Assembly: GCA_904063045.1 (NCBI GenBank)
Contig: CAJFCJ010000019.1
Location: 2,858,684-2,922,683, forward strand
Reading direction: 5' to 3'
Source: Dimorphilus gyrociliatus
Taxonomy: Eukaryota; Animalia; Annelida
DNA length: 64,000 nucleotides
The position numbers were made by a program, and so were the translations under genes. Positions 1 to 11,984 of the stretch are shown piece by piece. The notes below the pieces were generated by a model. That model saw only the letters and a program-made list of their open reading frames with translations, was not told where the DNA came from and ran no database searches. The number at the start of each line of letters is the position of its first letter. The stretch's first letter is position 1.

Positions 1-91
1 AAAACGGCGTCGGTGTATGCTGCGAAAACGAACCGTTTGTTTTTTTCCTTAATACTTTCATATTAAAACGGGGCTATGGCACCGTTTACAG

Positions 92-3000
92 TTGCAGTTG
101 CAGTTTCAACGCAGTCGAGCGGCCAGTTATGCTCATGCTGCCGATTCCCTAGGCCTTCAACTTCCGGACGCAATAAAAAGAGCGTCAATTTGTTCTACTA
201 GCGGAGCAACGGATAGCAATACCAGCACATTGGAGCAATTGCTTACCTACCCGATGCATCAGGTTTTCTATTCGTTGTACAAAAATATCAAGCCCTTGAT
301 GTTTCACTATCCCTCCTTTTATTCTTTCTTTACGCTTTCACGCACCTATGCCGCACTTTCGATGAATTCAATAATTCCTGGTTGTACTATTACAACAATA
401 CATAGTTTTTAGAGAGCATTCAAATAGTTGTAGAGGCAAACGAATTTTTTCTCCTTCCTCCTTTAGATTCCCAGATACATCATTACAATCCACGAACTAC
501 TAGCTCACACGCCGCACGATCATGTGGAACGTAAGAGCTTGGAGTACGCCCAGGGCAAGCTGGAAGAGTTGTCACAAATCATGCAGGATGAAGTTAGTGA
601 AACGGAGAATATCCGAAAGAACTTGGCAATTGAAAGGATGATTGTCGAAGGGTGCGATATTCTTCTAGATGTCAATCAAACGTTTGTTCGTCAAGGGACA
701 CTTATTCAAGTTATAAACGAACCCCGCAAGAATAGTAGAACCCGTCTTGGTTCTTTCTCTTCAACATTTAAAGAGTCTAAGAAAGAAGCTGTGAGACAAG
801 TCTTCTTGTTTACTAATCATATGCTTTTGACAACCAGAGGATCGTCAGGACGCTTACATTTAGCAAAGAATGAAGACATCTCATCGTGGAAAAAAGTGAT
901 AAGGGATTCTGGCGGGAAGACTTACGGAAAAATTTCATTATCCGATTGCACGCTAGTAGAAGATACGAGTTCGGATACGTTCTACTACGACGAAGAGGAT
1001 TATAGCAATGTTCGAGCTGGAGATAGCCTTCTCCCCACAGCCGCCCAACAAGATAAAGCCGACTACAACGGATTAGATTTTCGATTAATTGTTGACAATC
1101 GTACTCAAAATGGTCAACCTTGGCTCATAACTCTAGTGGCAAACAGTGTTCAAGAGAAGGCTGCATGGTGTTCTGACATATCGAGCTGCATTGAAAACCT
1201 ACATTATTCCGATCTTCTGCAAACCTCAATGGCTGAAACATCGGCTGTTACGATGCCTCAACAAGTACGCTCTGATCCTAAACTCTTCCGAGACGATATT
1301 GACATCAAGTTCTCGAGAACGCTCAATTCGTGTAAAGTACCACAAATTCGGCACGCGACCGTCGAGAGATTATTAGATCGTTTGACTGATCTGCGCTTCT
1401 TGTCAATCGATTTTCTTAACACCTTTCTACTAACTTATAGAGTGTTTACGTCAGGCACTGATGTAATTTGCGCTCTTCGAAAGGTTTATCATTCACCTAT
1501 AGAGAACGCTAAAGTTCCTATAACAACAGATGAGAAATGCGGACATGATGTAACGCACAGACACTCGTTCGATCATGAAATGCTTAGAAACGCAGCAGGG
1601 AGTCCACCCTCCAATTTTCATGGACGTCTTGCTCCCAAAGATAATAAACTACTCATTAAACCACAAGCCGAAAAGGTTCGTCGCATTTCAACGGGCGGTT
1701 TGCGTATTGAAGTGACGGGCGAAAAGCAAAAGATTGATGTTTCCGGAGCTAGTTCGTTTACTCGGTATGACCGAGCCGATTCAATAGAAGAGGTCGATGA
1801 ACCCCCTGCCTTGTATATACCAACTAAGGCAAAGTTGGCACCGATAGCTAGCTGCGAAACGTTAAGTGATCAAATTCAAAAAACCCCCGAACGTGCATCA
1901 AGTAGTGGGGACGATGACGATGATGACGATGACAAGGAAACCTTAATGCCTCTTGCTGTTCTCAGTAGACGAACTGCCGTTCGATTTTCAACAACCCCAC
2001 CAGGAGAGAGTTCAACTGATCCAGAAGAACCGAAAATATTGAAAACAGTCCGTCGTGCTACGAGTCCTTGCACAAGTATTCCACCTCCAATTATTCAACA
2101 GAAAAGGGCTTCTTCACCGCAAATTATCGCGACTAGATCACCTGTGGGAAGCCCAAAAACGAAACGCCCTCCGTCTCCAATTTCTTACTCTTTCTCTTCC
2201 CCAAATATGATTCCTGGTATAAAGCACTCAACTGACACTTTCTCTCCAAGAACAAGCTTTGCTTGTCCACCGTCTGATGGTTCTCCGCCGACGGCCAGAG
2301 CAGGAGCTGTCGTTACTTCTTCAAGGGCATCAAAACGCCGTTCAAGTAGCACTGCAGCAACAGCGGCCTTTGCTGCAGCCACGGCTGCTTCTTCTACTCC
2401 TCCAGACGTTCATCGACCTTCTCAATTGTCAAATGAGCTCAAAGTGGAAAGATTGCATAAAAAGCGAGAGTCAGTGTTGAATACGGCTGCAACAATGCGT
2501 GTTCTAAATGTTATACGTCACTGGGTGAGCAAATTCTGGCAGGACTTAGAGCACGATGATGTATTACGTAAAGAGGTTCAAGATCTCTTAGAGGAAATGG
2601 TTTGTAACACCTCGTTACTACCCGCCGAACACAAAGCTGCCGCCTCTATATTGAAGATGTGTACCCAAGAACAGGCAAACTCTATTAAAATTGACTTGAA
2701 CTCTCTTTTAGCACCTCCGTTGCAGCCGACCAAAGATTCTTTTGAATCATTATCTGCTCTAGATATTGCCGAACAAATGACCTTCCTTGATCATAAAATC
2801 TTCGTGTCTATTCGTTCTATGGAGTTGCTCAGTCAGGCTTGGATGAAGGACAAGGAAAAAGCTCCGCATGTCCTACTAGTATCAAAACGTTTTAATGATA
2901 TGAGCCGATTAGTCGTATCTGAAATTGTATCGAGGACAAGCATGCAGGAGCGTGTAGCATGTATTGAAAAATGGGCTGCTATCGGCGATATTTGTAGGTG

Positions 3001-3523
3001 CATGCATAATTATAATGGCGTTTTACAAATTTGTGCTGCACTCGTCAATTCGAGCGTCTATAGATTGAAAAAGACATGGGATCGAATTCCTAAACCTACT
3101 AAAGGAGTTGTAGAAAAGCTTCAAAATCTCGTCTCGTCTGAAGGCAGATTTAAAAATATGCGTGATGCTCTGCACCGATCTGACCCACCCTGCATACCTT
3201 ATTTGGGAATGTACTTAACAGATTTGTCCTTTATTGAAGAAGGAACACCGAACAAAACTGAAGAGGGTTTAGTCAATTTCTCTAAAATGAGAATGATCGC
3301 TCATGTGATCAGGGAAATTCAACAGTTCCAAAATACTCCCTACCGTATCGAACATCATAAACGTGTAACAAATTACATCCTGGATACGTCGAAACTCCTA
3401 GATGATGATTCAACCTACAAAGCGTCTCTCGCTATCGAACCTCGTCAGGCGCGTATTTCGGTAAACGCTCAAACAGCTTTTTCACATCGGCCGTCTCTCG
3501 GCGACGTTCTTTCGCCCCGCTAA
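92..3523 (+). CDS. RASGRF: Ras-specific guanine nucleotide-releasing factor (RasGRF), 3' part: end of DH, PH2, REM, CDC25/RasGEF. 5' exons lie outside the window.
   Basis: Exon ~92-262 ends LEQLLTYPMHQ. A GT-AG intron (263-466) follows, then a 3057-nt terminal exon 467-3523 starting IPRYIITIHELLAHTPHDHVERKSLEYA. The join reproduces the RasGRF DH-end motif (LTYPMxQIPRY). REM (IRHATVERLLDRLTDLRFLSIDFLNTFLLTYRVF) and CDC25 (PPCIPYLGMYLTDLSFIEEG, VNFSKMRMIA) motifs are present. The 5' acceptor of the first exon is uncertain (91, 97, 103, 201 or 225). Confidence 0.93.
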
Positions 3524-3694
3524 ACGTGTTTTTTGCTCATACGAACGTTCAAGAAATATATACTAAAAACAGTATGTATAAACATATAAATATTTTCTTC
3601 TTTTTTCCCCGTACAGCGTTAGTTTTTTTTCGACAAATTCTTCGATTCTTCCTATCAAATATATCTGCAAGCGTTTCATTATTATGTTCTTTTT

Positions 3695-4812
3695 TTATAC
3701 TAGTAAAATAGACCCCGGTAACGACAGCCCGCCACTTCCGGCGGAACCGTCTGGTCGTGGTGTACTAATGTGAAGCGAACGTCCAGCTCTGGCAGAATCA
3801 ATGCCATGCCTCCTAGCAACCGGATCGGCATTTTCGTGAGCTGGTTGCAGAGGTGGAGAGGCGACAATCGACGTTTTCTGTCGGTGCTCCTCATCGACAG
3901 ATGGCGTTGGCGGAGCGTTGCTCATTAAATCTTCCAGTTGCTGATTGTTTAAAGTAAATAGAGTGTCTGCAGCATCAATCTCTTGCCTTTGTCTAATTGC
4001 GCGCTGGTGACGGGGGTTATACGGATTGAGTGGTCGTTGATTTCGATTTGGAGCCACTGTTGCAGGCAACGGTTCGGGGGAATCTAAAAACATATCTGCG
4101 CGGAGAACTAGGGGTGCTTCTTGTAAAACAATAATAGGAGCCGCTGGTGCTTCACCCATTCCCAAAGCATTTCTAGTTGTTGCTCCTCCGTTTCCTGAAA
4201 CCACAGTTGTTGTCATGGTAACGCTACGAGCCGTTTGGGAGGTGCGACGTTCCGAGTCCAAACATTCGTTTGACGTTTTAATAAAGCATATTCCCCAATA
4301 AATGGACCATACCCAACCGAGAAAAAGTAAAAGAGTTGTCACAAGTTGCAATAAAGCTACCCAAGTGTTAACCCACACTACATGACTCTTTTCTCCGTTT
4401 ACTGTACGTACTTTAGCTCCGCAAATTGCAGTCAAACCGGAAATGAAAGTGCCTGTTGAAAATCGATATCAATCAATTATTCACCAACTCCTGTAGTGTT
4501 TTCAGTTTGGTCGTGAAAGCAATATATATTTTTTTTACCTAATCCTGGACAAATGACGTTGAGAACTGCACAAAAAATAGCAATGGGTTTTGACATAATC
4601 GGGATAGAGTCCCTTAAATTTGTATCTTTCGAAACGTGCTGAACCTCTATCGTTCTGTGTATAAACAAAGTGCTGTCCCTATGTCTATTCATACCAGTAG
4701 GTTTATATCCTGGCATTACTGGCTTACCATATCCCTCTTTACGAAACGTTCGAGGTGTAGCGGTAATTGAACGGGGGCTGTACAAACTCGGAGTAGGTGT
4801 TACAGTATCCAT
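3695..4812 (-). CDS. STUM: Protein stum homolog / SPEC3-like small membrane protein with a long disordered C-tail (~343 aa)
   Basis: Exons 4812-4539 and 4452-3695, joined by an 86-nt phase-1 GT-AG intron. The join gives LRDSIPIMSKPIAIFCAVLNVICPGLG-TFISGLTAICGA...WVALLQLVTTLLLFLGWVWSIYWG, the stum/SPEC3 signature (AIP...LN...PGxGT...Q...GWxWSIxWG). Confidence 0.88.
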
Positions 4813-5720
4813 ATTTGAAGACTCTGCTAAGAGGGTTTAACTCAGTAACGCCAATATTATTTCTAACTGCGTTACTAAACGCTTCAATAGCTGGTGGGTC
4901 GTGAGCGTTCAATACAAGGCTTGATTTGGGTTGCATTCTATTCGTTCAATCTATATTTATTAGAAACAACCTGAAGACACCTCAGCTAATTATAAGAGTA
5001 TGTTACTTGACAACCTCAATTCGATCAGTCGATAATTACATCTCTTAAAGCGCTCGAGGATTTTATGTTGATAGTCGGTTCATGATGAAAGTGAGACCGT
5101 TCGTTAAACTATCGTGGGAAATAAGACAACGATGAAATGTGCGAAACTAGGCATTTTACATCACGATAGTATAGACTCATGGGAAACAGTATATTTGATT
5201 AGATACAATTTTCCATTGTTTGTGCATCTGCATAACAAAAATATGAAATTATTTACCAGAGAATAAAAGCCAAGATATTACCTAACCATATTATTTTAAA
5301 CCTTTTTTACCCCTTATTCTCTATTATATTACGCCAACAAGTGCTGTATATATTACGAACGTGATTGTTCTAATTTACCACAATAGATGGCGCTATCTAT
5401 AGGACCCTACAATTTTTTTATTACATAAAACAACCCGCGAAATACGATCATTTTCTTTTAAATATCTAAAAAGCGGCCGCTTTTTTTTTAGATATGACGG
5501 CACAGCAAAGGTCATGTTAGATCTTTGTAATAGATATGGCTGTTCATCGAGATTATTTAAGCGATACGTCAATTTAACGAACCGAAATAAGAAAAAAATA
5601 AATAGTTCGGGATTATCTTTTTATTATGAAGCAGAGCGTTATCAGTTAAATGAAAATGCTAATGCTTCTTTATCTTCGGTGTAATTTATAGTACACAATT
5701 TTTCCTACACTATCAAGCCA

Positions 5721-5793
5721 GCCTCGATGGCGCAGTAGGCAGCGCGTGAGTCTCATAATCTCAAGGTCGTGAGTTCGATCCTCACTCGGGGCA
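5721..5793 (+). tRNA. trnM: tRNA-Met(CAT), elongator type
   Basis: The cloverleaf is visible: acceptor stem GCCTCGA/TCGGGGC, D arm GCGC-AGTAGGCA-GCGC, anticodon loop CTCATAA with the T31-T39 mismatch typical of eukaryotic elongator Met, T arm GTGAG-TTCGATC-CTCAC, discriminator A. Confidence 0.97.
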
Positions 5794-5807
5794 GAGCTGG
5801 CATTAAC

Positions 5808-5812
5808 TTTTT
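5808..5812 (+). terminator. RNA polymerase III terminator (T5) of tRNA-Met
   Basis: A TTTTT run lies 14 nt after the discriminator base, followed by a longer T run. Confidence 0.75.
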
Positions 5813-7613
5813 CTATTTTTTTTTAATTTATAAAAGGCCTAGTGTTTTTGTTACGATTTACTTTTCGTTTTGTATAAGACTATTGCAACCTATCCCAAAA
5901 GAAATAGAGATTACAAAGCAAAGGGTAAATGACAAAAAGGATTTTTAAAGTAAATACTCTGGCGGGAGAGGGCGCTATCTTTAAAAACTAGAGAAAGTAT
6001 TTGTAAAAGGGAGGGACGTGAATAAAAAAAAACGCTTGAAAGAAGAAAAATAGCGTTTTGAATGACATCTGGGTTGAGTAAGTGGTAATTCACGAAAGAA
6101 TACTTATCCACTTCACGCTCGACTACTCTACATTACTTTTAGAGAAATATACCGTTTTCTCTTATTAAAAACATGTGTGAAAGTGAATGTCGGCATTCTT
6201 GTAAACTGGCTGCTGAAATGGCCCGGAAAAAGTGGGCTCTTCGCTTGGAGAATTGAAAAGCAACCTTGATTGACTTATTTAGTGTCTATAAGGTTGCGTA
6301 ATCAATAGGAAGAGTCAGAGAGATCGTTTGATCTTTTCCTAAGTCAACAAGAGGTCTTTGTAAGCGGTTTATTCCTCTAAACGGTTCATTTACGCTGTCG
6401 TAATCTTTCGAGAGAAAGGTAACGTTCCGTGAGTGTTCGTAGGACGACAGTCGTCGAAAGAGAGTCGTACTGGGCATAATTACGGACAACTTGCGTCACT
6501 CGAACGTTTGACGTTGATGAGTTGTTCGGCGTGTGTCCAACGCCTGCCTTTGATCTTGAGCCGACGTTTTAGTTTAAAAAAATATTTCTTACTAAACCCT
6601 TAGGCCTAACATGAAAATCGAGAGATCCGTATCTGGTTTGTGTCAAACATAAAAATCGCTTCCGTTCGTCCTCTCGTTAACCGTCGACACGCTCCACTCT
6701 TATCTCGTCGACCAGGCCGTTATCGTGAGGCACACCATAAATCTTTATTAACGCCTATAGGAGGCCCCCTTCGGGGGGTGTCAAATATTCAAATATAACC
6801 GTTGTTGTTGTTGTGCTGTTCAGTTGAGTTGCACAGGAATAGACTGTTCATTTAATACCTTACAATTTTTTACGTCTGCTATAATACTACTTGAGACTAA
6901 GTTGAATTTAACAATTTCTTTTCACGTACGAGCTAAGCGGATCATCATTCTTTTCGCCGTTCAAACATCTGTACGCAAACAATCAATTCAGTTGGAAACT
7001 CGACGCGTAATACTCTAATATATATTAAAAACACATAGGAAGAAGCGCGCGCCTTGAACGCGTATTCCATCTACAATTACAACAGAATCGTTAAACTTTA
7101 ACCTCAGTCTGCGAATCATCTACAGAACCGATTTAAAAGTGTGAGAAAAAGAAAGGAAATAAGAGTGATGCGAAATTAATGAAATGTTTACTTTTAACCG
7201 ACCATTGTTATTTGTTACATATTTGCCTCGCCCAGTTTGAACCGATATAAGCCATAACCCTTACCAATATAGCATGTACTATGTATAGTGAATGGGGCGT
7301 GTGTTGCGTAATTGTATACATCGGAAATGTATAACCTCAACCCTTTAACAAATTCCTTCTCTATGCAGGAAAACATTGAAATTATATTTAAAATGCAATC
7401 AGTACCCTGTACGTGGGGGCACTGGTTATTTAAAAACTAATTATGAACCCAAATAACAGGAATAATGTAGGAATAATTATGCATTGTAGGTGCTGAAGCT
7501 CCCCCTGGCGTTGAATTGTCGAATTCTTGATTAGCACGTGTCAGTAAGCGCGCAGATCGAGAAGGGTGAACAGTACCATCATTTTCTTCTCTATTTCGAA
7601 TTAGATTTTCTCA

Positions 7614-10600
7614 ATGATGCAGAAAACAGGTAAGTCTTTTTTTACTTTTTAATTTCGCTTTTTATATTTTAGTCGATTTGACATTTACCGTTAAAAGATT
7701 CGAATATATACTTTAATGCGACTTTTACCTTATCTTTAGTTTTTATAGTCAAATCGCGTGAGCGCAGTAGAATAAAAGGGATTGGTCATTTTCCTTACAG
7801 AAAATAGTAAATCTACTTAAATCTTATGAAAACTTTTGACTCTGTTGAACTATATTTAGGATATAATATATTCAATTAAGCAATATAAATCTCAGTCGTA
7901 ATATGATCGTTTAACTTCTCTTAATGAAGTTTTAATAGTAGAATTACGACCGTTCAAGTTTTGCATATTGTGTAACTGTAAGTAATATATTATGGGCAAT
8001 AAAAATGTTGGCTAAGAATAGGGAAAGAGAGAGGAGGCCTATAAAGTTGTATAAACTATAAAAGCGAATAGAAGAACAAATTAGACATTTAATTTGACAT
8101 AGATGTACGAGGATGGTCGATTCTAGAATATGATAAGCCCTAACCGTCTATGCTATAAGTATATACCATCTGTGCTAGACCAGCAGTTTAGCTAAATGTT
8201 CGTTCGTTTGGCTTTCTAACGAAGCGTAAACGAGGTAAATAATATAGGCCGAGCCATGTTTTCATTGTCGTCATATCGCTAATGGAACTGTCGTGGAGGG
8301 TCGAAGGAGCTTGGTCTCGTATTAGCCCGTCGGACGTTTCCGTGACATAACTTTCGGCTTTTCGTTTACTCATCTCATCTTTCGGTCGAAAACCTTTTGA
8401 ATGCCGATTATATGTGCATGACCGACACCTTATCATAATAACAGACCTCTCGGAGCATCTACTTTCAATTACTGGCGCCGCATCAAAGCTCCGAAAATTA
8501 CAGTCTCCTTAACAATTCATCTCTGAATTGTTGACTTTGTACCATCGCCCTGAAGCAGTTTAGGCCTAGGAAAGTAATTCCCGTTAGACTTAAGGCGTGA
8601 ATGTCTAAGAAAGTCCGGAATTGAAAAATAGTGAAAAAAATGACAGATGGAATACGCCTGCATAACTCAACACTTGCAAACCTACGGGGGGGGAAGAGGT
8701 TTTGAAATTCGTCCTATACTACTTTTTCCCTTCGCGCCTAGACCTATTCAATGGAGTGTTAGTCGAGTAGAAAGAGATAGAATCGAAGCTAATTAAGTTT
8801 AATTTTTTGAATCGGGACTTTTTACTGGCAAGATAGTAATTAGTCGACTTGGCATCGGTCAATTTTGACGGACAACCACAGCTGCATGCATTTAAACCGT
8901 TACGTATGACTAATAATTTATACTCGTTTTTCTCTCTACAGGATTCGTTCCCCAACTCAACACCGACGTCTCTTACATGCATAACGTCACGGTACGTTTA
9001 CTTTCCTTTAACATAGCCAAGTAAAATAAACAGACCTTCGACGCGCAATAAATACTTGAGATAAATTGTTTTTGCTACATGAAAATAAAGGGAAAGGGCA
9101 GTCGATGGCAGAAATGAAAAGATAAGGCATAAATAAAAACAGAGGCAAGATGTCTCGTATTTCGTTGTCCGTTAAGCTAACATCCGATAAGGACAATGGG
9201 CTAAAAAGAAATGATTTGACAAATGATAATAGGCAGAGTTCCTTTAACTCCGACTAATCAGGCAAAAACTTTTTTCTTTAATAACAGGTTATCTTGAGGA
9301 AGATGTCCACTTACGGATTCACACTGTATGGTTCTAGTCCGGCGAGAGTCGGTCAAGTGGAACGAGGTAAGTTTCACGTTCATTCGCACCTGCGCTACTT
9401 CACCACTTAATTTGCGTCCGATCGCTTTCCCACGAGTCCAGGCGACAAAAGATGCTTTGTAAATGCCGACAAACGCCAGTTTGTTATTTTCGTCGCCCTA
9501 GATAAAGCGCTTGTCTATGGCCCGCGCTTCCGCTCCTAACAACAATAAATAGTTGCAATCTAAAATTTGAGTCGCACGACTGACAGTTTATTTATTCAAA
9601 CTACTGTCTTCTTCAGGTGGCAGTGCCGACGCTGCGGGCTTAGAAGCGGGCGACTGCATAGTTTCCGTAAACGGCCGCAATGTTTCGAGGTCATCAGCTA
9701 CCAGCGTCGCTATTCTTATAAAGTGAGTAACCTTTATTTTTTATTTACCCTCCAACCTCGCCCTTTTTCGCTTTTGAATTTATCTGTCTGACCGATAAGA
9801 CATGGGATTGACAAGTAATTAACGTATTTAGTCGAAAACGTAATCGACTGACCTCTTCTACTTCTTCCGCTATCGGCGGGTAAAAACAAATACATGAGTA
9901 ATATTTTGTAATACATTACACAGGCAAGCTGGAGATAAATTGACATTGGACATCCGCCGTCGAACTATGTCGAAAAGCGTCGAACAAGCTTCGGAAAGTG
10001 GAATAGGCACGGACCATTCTTCACAGGTAAACGCCTCGAATAAACCGGGTGACATTAAACTGTGACGTCAGAAACGAGTACACCATAAGCATATTAAGCG
10101 TACGCGAACCCGCTATTTTACTATCTCTTACTTCCTGCTTTAGCAAAGTTTATCGCTAGTTGATTAATCGTAATAGAATGTAAGAGGAAGCGATTAAATA
10201 CTGAACGACGCGAGCGAACAATAGGTAACCTGTAGGTAGACTGCAGATGCGAAAGAATTTGATTGCGAGTGTGTAACAAATTGAATAATGGACATTTGAG
10301 ATGTCAGTCGTCATTCATCAAACGCCTTGCCAATCGTAATTACAACGTTTTATACAGAATGAACAGCCCGTTGCGAGCTGTTATAATACCGAAAACATTT
10401 TTTCTTTAATTAACCCTTTGTGTTATTTTATTCAGGACATTTCTAGTGAAGAGCAAACGGCCGCCGACCGACTTTTTGATTGCATAGCAAAATTCGCAAA
10501 CCAGATGGTGATTGGTAGGAAGCAGTTTGTGGAAAGTTTGAAAGATGAAGCGTTTATGGATGAAAAGGAACATTCTCAACTGTTTGTAAATATTGAGCAG

Positions 10601-11984
10601 GTAACGTATACCATGAGAATAAGCTTTCTTTTTTCGACTACTATTTACTTTCGACTTCTTAATGTACAGGTGACGACTGTAAGCGAGAAAGTGTACAATG
10701 AAATGAAAACCAACAGTATAGCAACCGTCCTTGCCGACAATTGCTCTAAAATGCGTTCAGTCTACGCACGCTACTGCAAAAATGTTCGCCACGCAATGAC
10801 AATTGCGAGCAAATTAAAGAGACGTCGTTGTGTCTACATGTTTCTTAAGAACAACGATTGTGGCATGTCAATTTTCACTTTCCTTCAATTACCAGTTCAA
10901 CACGTCAGGGACCTTATCTTGTATTCTTTCGAATTTTTAAAAACTTTAAAGAGTGATGAGGAACGACAAACCTTAGTCGCAGCACTCAAAGGTAAATATT
11001 CTAAAGATGCAATTAATCGGCAACTGTAAAAACACAACCTTGTTTTTCCAAGCAACTTTTTTTCTCGCCAATCCTAATGATTTTTGTTGTTTTCATTCTG
11101 CAGAGTTACGGAAGATTTGTGAAGAAGTCAGCCAGAGTCCATCTGCTGAAACCCGTAGTCTATCATCATCCTGCAGTAGTATTGACAGCGAAGTTGCAAA
11201 ATTACAGAATAGGTTGAGCGTTCCAAGCTGTATTGGTGAGGTACGTAAAATTTTAAAATCTTCACTCTATACAATGGACAGGAACAAACCAATAAATAAT
11301 TTTAACATAAATAAACAGGACTTGGATATTGCTAAACCTGGTCAGTTTATTGTGTATACGGGCGACTTACTTCAAGTGGACGCACGTGGATACGAACAAC
11401 AGGTGCGTTTTCGCTAGTACAGTTATTAATATAAAATATATGGCATATATATGGCATAGATGTATGATCTCGAGTGTTTATTTTTATGTAGTCATGTCTA
11501 GATGGGTACAATATATTACATTTATTATGTTTTTTTAAACAGAGACATGTCATCCTCTTGAATAATATGATACTAGTGACGATAGCCAGGAATGACAGAA
11601 TCGTTGTTGTCTGCCCCCCAATAAAGTTTCCCAATATTGGGAAGGTTAATTTCTCAAGATCGCAACGTAAGTACTTGGAATGCATTTCCAATTAATTTAC
11701 CCCAATTAATTTTTTGCTTTCCCACTCCAGCTGAATTCACAATTACCTACTCGGTACCGACAACAGATGGAGCCAGTACAGAATTAGTACATTTCGTTGC
11801 GCCCTCTATGGAAAAGTTGCACGCCTGGAGAAGCATCTTGGAGCATAGGTTGCAGCGCCAACTACCGGCTGTAAGCTGTAGCCTAGAAGAGTGCTGTGAA
11901 TCAGATTGTTGCCTATGTAGTGATGAGGAATGTTCCAGTTCAATAAGCGGTGAAGAATCTGTGTTTGTCAGCAGCTGGATTTAA
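7614..11984 (+). CDS. PDZ - DH (RhoGEF-like, divergent) - PH domain protein, ~479 aa
   Basis: Eleven exons join in frame with GT-AG ends: 7614-7629, 8942-8991, 9288-9366, 9617-9722, 9924-10026, 10436-10600, 10670-10991, 11104-11240, 11319-11402, 11543-11666, 11731-11984 (sum 1440 nt). PDZ: VILRKMSTYGFTLYGSSPARVGQVERGGSADAAGLEAGDCIVSVNG. DH-like: QLFVNIEQV, YARYCKN, FLQLPVQH. PH-like: YTGDLLQV, RHVILLNNMILVT, EKLHAWRSIL. The first two exons are less certain. Confidence 0.82.

Noticed and set aside
1146-2480. Short ORF-track entries overlapping RasGRF (1146-1376, 1876-2073, 2185-2382, 2259-2480)
   Set aside because: These are alternative-frame or antisense shadows of a well-conserved coding exon.
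6824-7018. ORF ending LETRRVIL, resembling the start of the PDZ exon (VILRK)
   Set aside because: There is no ATG, and a cleaner in-frame path exists through exons 7614-7629 and 8942-8991; the VIL match is probably coincidence.
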